This document shows positions 59,296 through 64,000 of a stretch of 64,000 nt of DNA, one piece after another; position 1 is the first letter of the stretch; each line of letters starts with the position of its first letter. The notes under the pieces are model-generated. The model saw nothing but the letters and a program-made list of their open reading frames with translations. It ran no database searches and was not told the DNA's origin. Both the position numbers and the translations under genes were made by a program. The stretch is taken from assembly GCA_041744215.1 (NCBI GenBank), contig JBGTLG010000006.1:32001-96000 (forward strand), written 5' to 3'. Source of the stretch: Fimbriimonadales bacterium (GTDB lineage Bacteria > Armatimonadota > Fimbriimonadia > Fimbriimonadales > ATM1).

Positions 59296-59556
59296 ATGGA
59301 AGGATTCGATTTGCTATGGGTGCTTCTCTCGCTTGGAGTTGGCGGAATTGTCGGCGCTGTCGCCGCCGTCTCGGTGACGGGTGTCGCGACACAAGAGGCG
59401 TTCGCACACTATCGCGAGAGATTCCTCTCTTTCATGCAGGGACGCAATGATCCTGCGAGTCAAGAACTGCGCGCTGACTTCGACGACTTTGACGAAACGA
59501 TGCGCTCTGCTGGAAGCGCGCTCGAGCGGCTGCGCCGTGCGCTTAGGCGGCGATGA
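59296..59556 (+). CDS. Small membrane-anchored hypothetical protein
   Basis: AGGGGG RBS, N-terminal TM, basic C-terminus. Confidence 0.65.
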   Translation: MEGFDLLWVLLSLGVGGIVGAVAAVSVTGVATQEAFAHYRERFLSFMQGRNDPASQELRADFDDFDETMRSAGSALERLRRALRRR

Positions 59557-59810
59557 ACCCGGGTATGGAGGCGCTCGCAATAGCGGGCGCCTTCGTCGCT
59601 TGCTCGGTTTGGATGATGCGCTACAGCATGACTCAGCAACGCAACATGGCGGAGCGCTTCATCCGGCACTTAGAGGCGCTCGTTGCGGAGAGCCGACGCG
59701 ACGGCGAGAAGCACCGTGCGGCAATTCGCGCGTTGGCGAGCGCTGTGCGTCGCAATACTGCCTTGACGGCGAGATTGTTGGAGGTAAAAGATGGCTCTGA
59801 GCGTCAGTAG
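59553..59810 (+). CDS. Small single-TM plus coiled-coil protein (holin-like architecture)
   Basis: ATGA overlap, one TM followed by an amphipathic helix. Confidence 0.55.
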   Translation: MNPGMEALAIAGAFVACSVWMMRYSMTQQRNMAERFIRHLEALVAESRRDGEKHRAAIRALASAVRRNTALTARLLEVKDGSERQ

Positions 59811-60219
59811 GGCTACGATCAAACGAAAGTGCAGAATCACTGGAACTGACTTCGATGACGAAATCGACGACACAATCGACGAGCAGCTCCCCGTGATCGA
59901 GTTTGCGATTCTTCAAGTTCATGTTGCAGACTCACAGTTAGAGAACACGCTCAATCTGGGAGCGGCAGAGGTCATTGCAGGCGAGTTCCTGGCGCAGCTC
60001 TGGCGAGAACCAGGCGCAACCGAAAAGTTGGAGTTTGGCGACTTTGCCGTCGGTCCGCGAGTCGCCGAAGATCCTGCCGATCCCTACGGGTTGAAGAAGC
60101 AAGGCTGGGCGCGGCTGTCGCCGTTTCTCAAGCCCACGAGTGCGCATCAACACTCAACAAGGAGTTCAATTCGCGCGAGCGAACCTCGACTCCAAGAGGG
60201 GGACGTCGAAAAGTGTTAG
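59791..60219 (+). CDS. Putative head-tail adaptor-like protein
   Basis: GGAGG RBS; position after capsid; IKRKCRI..TDFDDEI helical pattern typical of connector proteins. Confidence 0.5.
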   Translation: MALSVSRATIKRKCRITGTDFDDEIDDTIDEQLPVIEFAILQVHVADSQLENTLNLGAAEVIAGEFLAQLWREPGATEKLEFGDFAVGPRVAEDPADPYGLKKQGWARLSPFLKPTSAHQHSTRSSIRASEPRLQEGDVEKC

Positions 60220-60515
60220 GCATCACCGACCGAGTTCGAAAAGCAATCCGTTTGGTGGGAGAGTCGTTTGAGGTCGCTTCTGTCGCGCATCGGGGAGTGT
60301 TCTCAATTGCGACTTCGGAGGTTGCGGCGAAGTACGCGGATCAGGCGGCCGTCGATTCTTCAAATCGACCGCTTTGGCTGATCATCGTCCCAGATAACGA
60401 CACAACAAGCGTCGTGGACACGATCGATTATGCAGGCGAATCGCTCGCAATCCTCAACATCGTTCAGCGACGCCACCGAGGCGCCGTTCTGTTTCGGATT
60501 ATCCTCGCGCATTAG
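60213..60515 (+). CDS. Putative head-closure/stopper-like protein
   Basis: About 100 aa, beta-rich, overlaps the adaptor-like gene; called from position and size only. Confidence 0.4.
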   Translation: MLGITDRVRKAIRLVGESFEVASVAHRGVFSIATSEVAAKYADQAAVDSSNRPLWLIIVPDNDTTSVVDTIDYAGESLAILNIVQRRHRGAVLFRIILAH

Positions 60516-60560
60516 CCCGGTGACCGGGGGTGATCGATGATAGTCCGCAGTCCGAGCGGG

Positions 60561-61091
60561 TCAGCTCCCGGTGAACGGCCACAGCCTTCGCAACAGGACG
60601 CGATACGCAGGCTGATAGACGTTCTCATACTCAGGGGAATGATGTACAGTGGGATAACCGTGCAGCTGCATTTCTTCGTTTAGGGTCTCCCACGCGGAGT
60701 ACGTCAGTTTCTGGGTTTCTCCACTTCGCAGAATCGATCCGAGCGAATGCCACTCCGCGAGAAAGTCAGCGCGGTCTCCTCGAAACTCGTGAGCTGAGCA
60801 GATAAACGCGTTCAGCATCGCATCTCTATCGCCTCCGCGCGCTTTGTAAGGCCGGAGGTTGACTCGTACCAAATCACCGGAGGGAGTCAGTCGTTGGATC
60901 TCTTCTTCACCCTCAATCGGGGCGCCGATCTCATCCCACTCTTGTTCGAGCCACGCGCGCACGAACGACTCATCTGTGACCGCGTGTTCACCGCCAAGAG
61001 TTGCGTGGAACAGCCATTTGTACGCATCTTGAATGCGCATCTCGGGTGTGCGCCGCCATTCCCGGATCGAGTGTTCGATGAGAGTCTCCAT
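60561..61091 (-). CDS. Conserved-looking hypothetical protein
   Basis: QDAYKWLFHA..GGEH, VRVNLRPY, VHHSPEYENVYQPAYRV. Confidence 0.7.
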   Translation of the reverse strand: METLIEHSIREWRRTPEMRIQDAYKWLFHATLGGEHAVTDESFVRAWLEQEWDEIGAPIEGEEEIQRLTPSGDLVRVNLRPYKARGGDRDAMLNAFICSAHEFRGDRADFLAEWHSLGSILRSGETQKLTYSAWETLNEEMQLHGYPTVHHSPEYENVYQPAYRVLLRRLWPFTGS

Positions 61092-61158
61092 TGCAGGAAG
61101 TTACCGCGAACGGCATACTCTATCATCCAGTGAGCCGTCTGATACCTAGGTGACAAAC

Positions 61159-61941
61159 ATGAACAAGCTCGTTACGCCCATTATCGCCGCTGTTTTCGGG
61201 ACACTTGGAGGCTACTTGGCAGTCGGGGGCCAACAGCCACAGATTCAGGGAAACATTCAGGCTCAATCGTTCGATCTGGTTGACAACGCTGGAAATGTTC
61301 GTGCGAGATTTGGCATGACTCGGAGCGGCCCAGCGCTTACAATGACCGACCTTGAAGGAAGGCCACGGTTTGGCATAGGGGTCGCTCCCACGGGAACCGC
61401 TCTCTCGATTTTCGGACCATCCGGCGATGTCGCTGCTCAGCTGTCTGTCTTCGAACAGGGGCCTGGACTGACGCTCAGTTTTGCTGACGGAAGCGCTGGT
61501 GTTTCGCTCACCGCGAAACCGGACAATACAGCTACCGTTATGCTTAGAGATCCTCGAAACCGGTCACTTGCGGCAATCGGTGTCAAGTCAGACGGCAAAG
61601 GATTCGTCTCACTCGAAGAACCTGCCGCGCCAAGCAAGTTCTTACTCATGACGTCTGGCGCCGGGTCGAATCCGACGCTTTCCATGCGCGCTACGGAAGG
61701 ACACGATGTGCACTTTGGCTTTGATGGCGAGGGCAATTCGAGATTGACAATGACTCGGCCTGCTGCGCAAGGTCTAGCCGAAGTCTCACTCAGATCTAAC
61801 ATGGCCGAATACTTCGGCCTAATGCTCAAAAGTGGGAACGAACAAAGCGCAGGCGTCAGCTTGCAAAGAGACGGAGATGCGCAACTCGCCTTGAAGCCAC
61901 TCGGCGGTCCCGAGAAGAGAGTGACCGCGAGGAATCCCTAA
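61159..61941 (+). CDS. Membrane-anchored beta-strand-repeat hypothetical protein
   Basis: N-terminal TM; repeated L.D..G..R..(F/L)G.....P.L units. Confidence 0.7.
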   Translation: MNKLVTPIIAAVFGTLGGYLAVGGQQPQIQGNIQAQSFDLVDNAGNVRARFGMTRSGPALTMTDLEGRPRFGIGVAPTGTALSIFGPSGDVAAQLSVFEQGPGLTLSFADGSAGVSLTAKPDNTATVMLRDPRNRSLAAIGVKSDGKGFVSLEEPAAPSKFLLMTSGAGSNPTLSMRATEGHDVHFGFDGEGNSRLTMTRPAAQGLAEVSLRSNMAEYFGLMLKSGNEQSAGVSLQRDGDAQLALKPLGGPEKRVTARNP

Positions 61942-63998
61942 GCGGATTCCTCGTCGTCCGTCAAATCGAGATACTGCGCTCTGACTCGCGCCATCTCTTG
62001 TTGCAGCGTCACCAGCTTGTGATAGGTGCCAGCGACTTTCATCAGTTCATCGTGCGAGCCCGTTTCGGTGATCTTGCCGTCCTCCAAGACGAGGATTCGG
62101 TCTGCATTGCGCAAAGTGCTGAGGCGGTGGGCGATCGCGAAAACGGTTCTTCCCTCGACGAGATTATCGAGCGCTTCTTGGATCATGCGCTCCGTTTCGG
62201 TGTCGACGCTCGAAGTCGCTTCATCAAGAATCAGCACCTTTGGGTTGTGAAGGATCGCACGGGCGATGGAGATGCGTTGCCTCTCTCCACCCGAGAGTCG
62301 CTGTCCACGTTCGCCGACGTAAGTGTCATACCCATCTGGAAAGTGGGAGATAAACATATGAGCGTTTGCGGCCCGCGCCGCCTCAATGATTTCCTCCGTT
62401 GTCGCGTCGGGACGGCCATACGCGATGTTGTCGCGAATGCTGCCGGGAAACAGATACGACTCTTGAAGCACCACGCCAACATTCGAGCGAAACTCTGTCA
62501 ACTCCAGGTCGCGCAGATCCACGCCATCCATCAAAATCCGCCCCTCGGTCGGATCATAAAACCGGAGCAGCAAACTCATCGCGGTCGACTTGCCGCTGCC
62601 GCTGGGTCCGACGATGCCAATCATCTCGCCAGGCTCTACTTCAAACGTTAGGCCGTGAAGCACCTCATGCGTTTTGTCATATCCGAAGTGAACGTTTTCG
62701 AACGCAATCTTGCCTTGGTAGTTATCCAGCTTCACAGGATTTGCCGTCTCCTGTATGTCTGGAATCGTATCGATCACTTCGAACACTCGCTCCGCTGCCG
62801 TCAAGCCCCTGCTAGTCCAATCGATGAGCCGTGTGAGCATCTGCAGTGGACCTTCAAGCATCCCGAGGTAAATGCTAAACGCCATTAACTGGCCGATTGT
62901 CATTCGATCGTCGAGAACTGCGAACCCGCCTGCGTACCATACGAGAATGGTGCCCACACTAACCAAGAGCGTAATGACGGGGAAGAAGATCGCCCACGTT
63001 GTTTCTGCGGTGTAACCCGTGTCTGCCAGGTCCTTGATCCGTCGTCGGAATCGAGCCTCTTCGCGATCTTCGCCACGAAACGCCTTCACTACGCGCATGC
63101 CACTCAGAACACCTGTGAGCGCACCGGACACACGCGACCAACTGTGCCAAAACCGACGCCAAACTCGTTCGAGACGCTTCCTGAATCGGCGAACCAAAAA
63201 CAAGATGATCGGGATTGGCAAGAGAGTCCATATCGCAACCTGCCAGTTAATGAGTAGAAGCGCTACGGGAATTCCGATGAGCAACAGGCCCTGAGTGAGC
63301 AGCATTGGAATCCCATCGACGAGTACTTCATAAAGCGCGCCCGTATCGTTCGTGACTCGCGACATGACGCTCCCAATAGTGCGCTTGTCGTAGAACGACA
63401 GTGAGAGTCGCTGCATGTGATTGAACAGCTGTGTGCGAACGTCCACCGTCACCTTGTTGCCAAGCCAGGCATTGAGCCACAGCCTTGCCATTTGGATTCC
63501 GGTAAGCAACAGTCGAGTCCCCACGAGTGCTCCAATCAGAATGAAGAACAGATGCATGTTCGTCTTTGGCTGAAGAACTCGGTCTGTCAGGATTCCCACG
63601 AGATACGGCCACGCGAGAGCAGTCATCCGATCGCAAAAAACCAAGAAGATGCTTAAGATCACCCAGTACTTGTAGGGTTTGAGAAATCCGCCAAGCCTTA
63701 TAAGCGTTTGACCGCGATTCAGACAGGCTTCGCAAATGTCGGAGTCCTTTGGCAGCGGCCGCTTACACTTTGGGCAGAGCCGCTTTGTTTCGATGTAGGT
63801 GTCTGCCGATTCGCTTTGGCGAACCTGATTGAGTTTCTTCGCGGTCGTCGCGATGTGACCTGCGTGCGCTGAGGTGCTTCGAATGAGCTCAATAGTTCGG
63901 CCACCGATTGTTGCGATCAGGCAGCCAGCGTCAACTAGTTCCTCGTACCGAAAGTTGCTCAGATCTTCGAGAGACCATGACCCCGCGATGCGTGCCGT
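61938..63998 (-). CDS. ABC transporter permease/ATP-binding protein with N-terminal extension (partial, starts beyond window)
   Basis: GPSGSGKST, LSGGERQRISIARA, ILDEATS; frame open to window edge with CPKC...CEAC before TM1. Confidence 0.92.
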   Translation of the reverse strand, partial: TARIAGSWSLEDLSNFRYEELVDAGCLIATIGGRTIELIRSTSAHAGHIATTAKKLNQVRQSESADTYIETKRLCPKCKRPLPKDSDICEACLNRGQTLIRLGGFLKPYKYWVILSIFLVFCDRMTALAWPYLVGILTDRVLQPKTNMHLFFILIGALVGTRLLLTGIQMARLWLNAWLGNKVTVDVRTQLFNHMQRLSLSFYDKRTIGSVMSRVTNDTGALYEVLVDGIPMLLTQGLLLIGIPVALLLINWQVAIWTLLPIPIILFLVRRFRKRLERVWRRFWHSWSRVSGALTGVLSGMRVVKAFRGEDREEARFRRRIKDLADTGYTAETTWAIFFPVITLLVSVGTILVWYAGGFAVLDDRMTIGQLMAFSIYLGMLEGPLQMLTRLIDWTSRGLTAAERVFEVIDTIPDIQETANPVKLDNYQGKIAFENVHFGYDKTHEVLHGLTFEVEPGEMIGIVGPSGSGKSTAMSLLLRFYDPTEGRILMDGVDLRDLELTEFRSNVGVVLQESYLFPGSIRDNIAYGRPDATTEEIIEAARAANAHMFISHFPDGYDTYVGERGQRLSGGERQRISIARAILHNPKVLILDEATSSVDTETERMIQEALDNLVEGRTVFAIAHRLSTLRNADRILVLEDGKITETGSHDELMKVAGTYHKLVTLQQEMARVRAQYLDLTDDEESA

Positions 63999-64000
63999 TG

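Noticed and set aside
57020-60515. Calling this an intact prophage
   Set aside because: No integrase/transposase, terminase, portal, tail, replication or endolysin genes recognised; no att repeats found.

Overview
Bacterial chromosomal window with moderately high GC and dense coding. Gene content, including an outer-membrane beta-barrel, lipoproteins and a DUF6785-like membrane protein, suggests a diderm organism, possibly Armatimonadota; that assignment is inference only. Most of the window is housekeeping or carbohydrate metabolism: tRNA-Gln, tRNA-Leu, GH127, GH78, GH172-like, deoC, der, cdaA-cdaR, cca, fahA, gdhA, tyrA-aroA-cmk, dut, hflX, prmC, lpdA, panBC, msrA, lgt, a beta-CASP nuclease and an ABC transporter. 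Six items stand out. (1) An intact stand-alone Mu-like head module (protease/scaffold, decoration protein, gpT capsid, two small membrane proteins, two connector-like genes; 57.0-60.5 kb) with no terminase, portal, tail or integrase nearby, a candidate domesticated GTA-like or nanocompartment system. (2) A divergent cassette of a secreted His-Gly/Ala-Cys protein and PepSY-like membrane-anchored partners, with a duplicated C-terminal remnant, a frameshift at a slippery heptamer and three IS3-like ends at exact 50-bp spacing. (3) A c-di-AMP riboswitch ahead of an orphan gene. (4) A candidate stand-alone structured ncRNA at 17.1-17.3 kb. (5) A probable CTG start for aroA. (6) A 21-bp tandem repeat that may encode a His-rich repeat peptide. 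Product calls rest on recognising motifs by eye; no searches were run.
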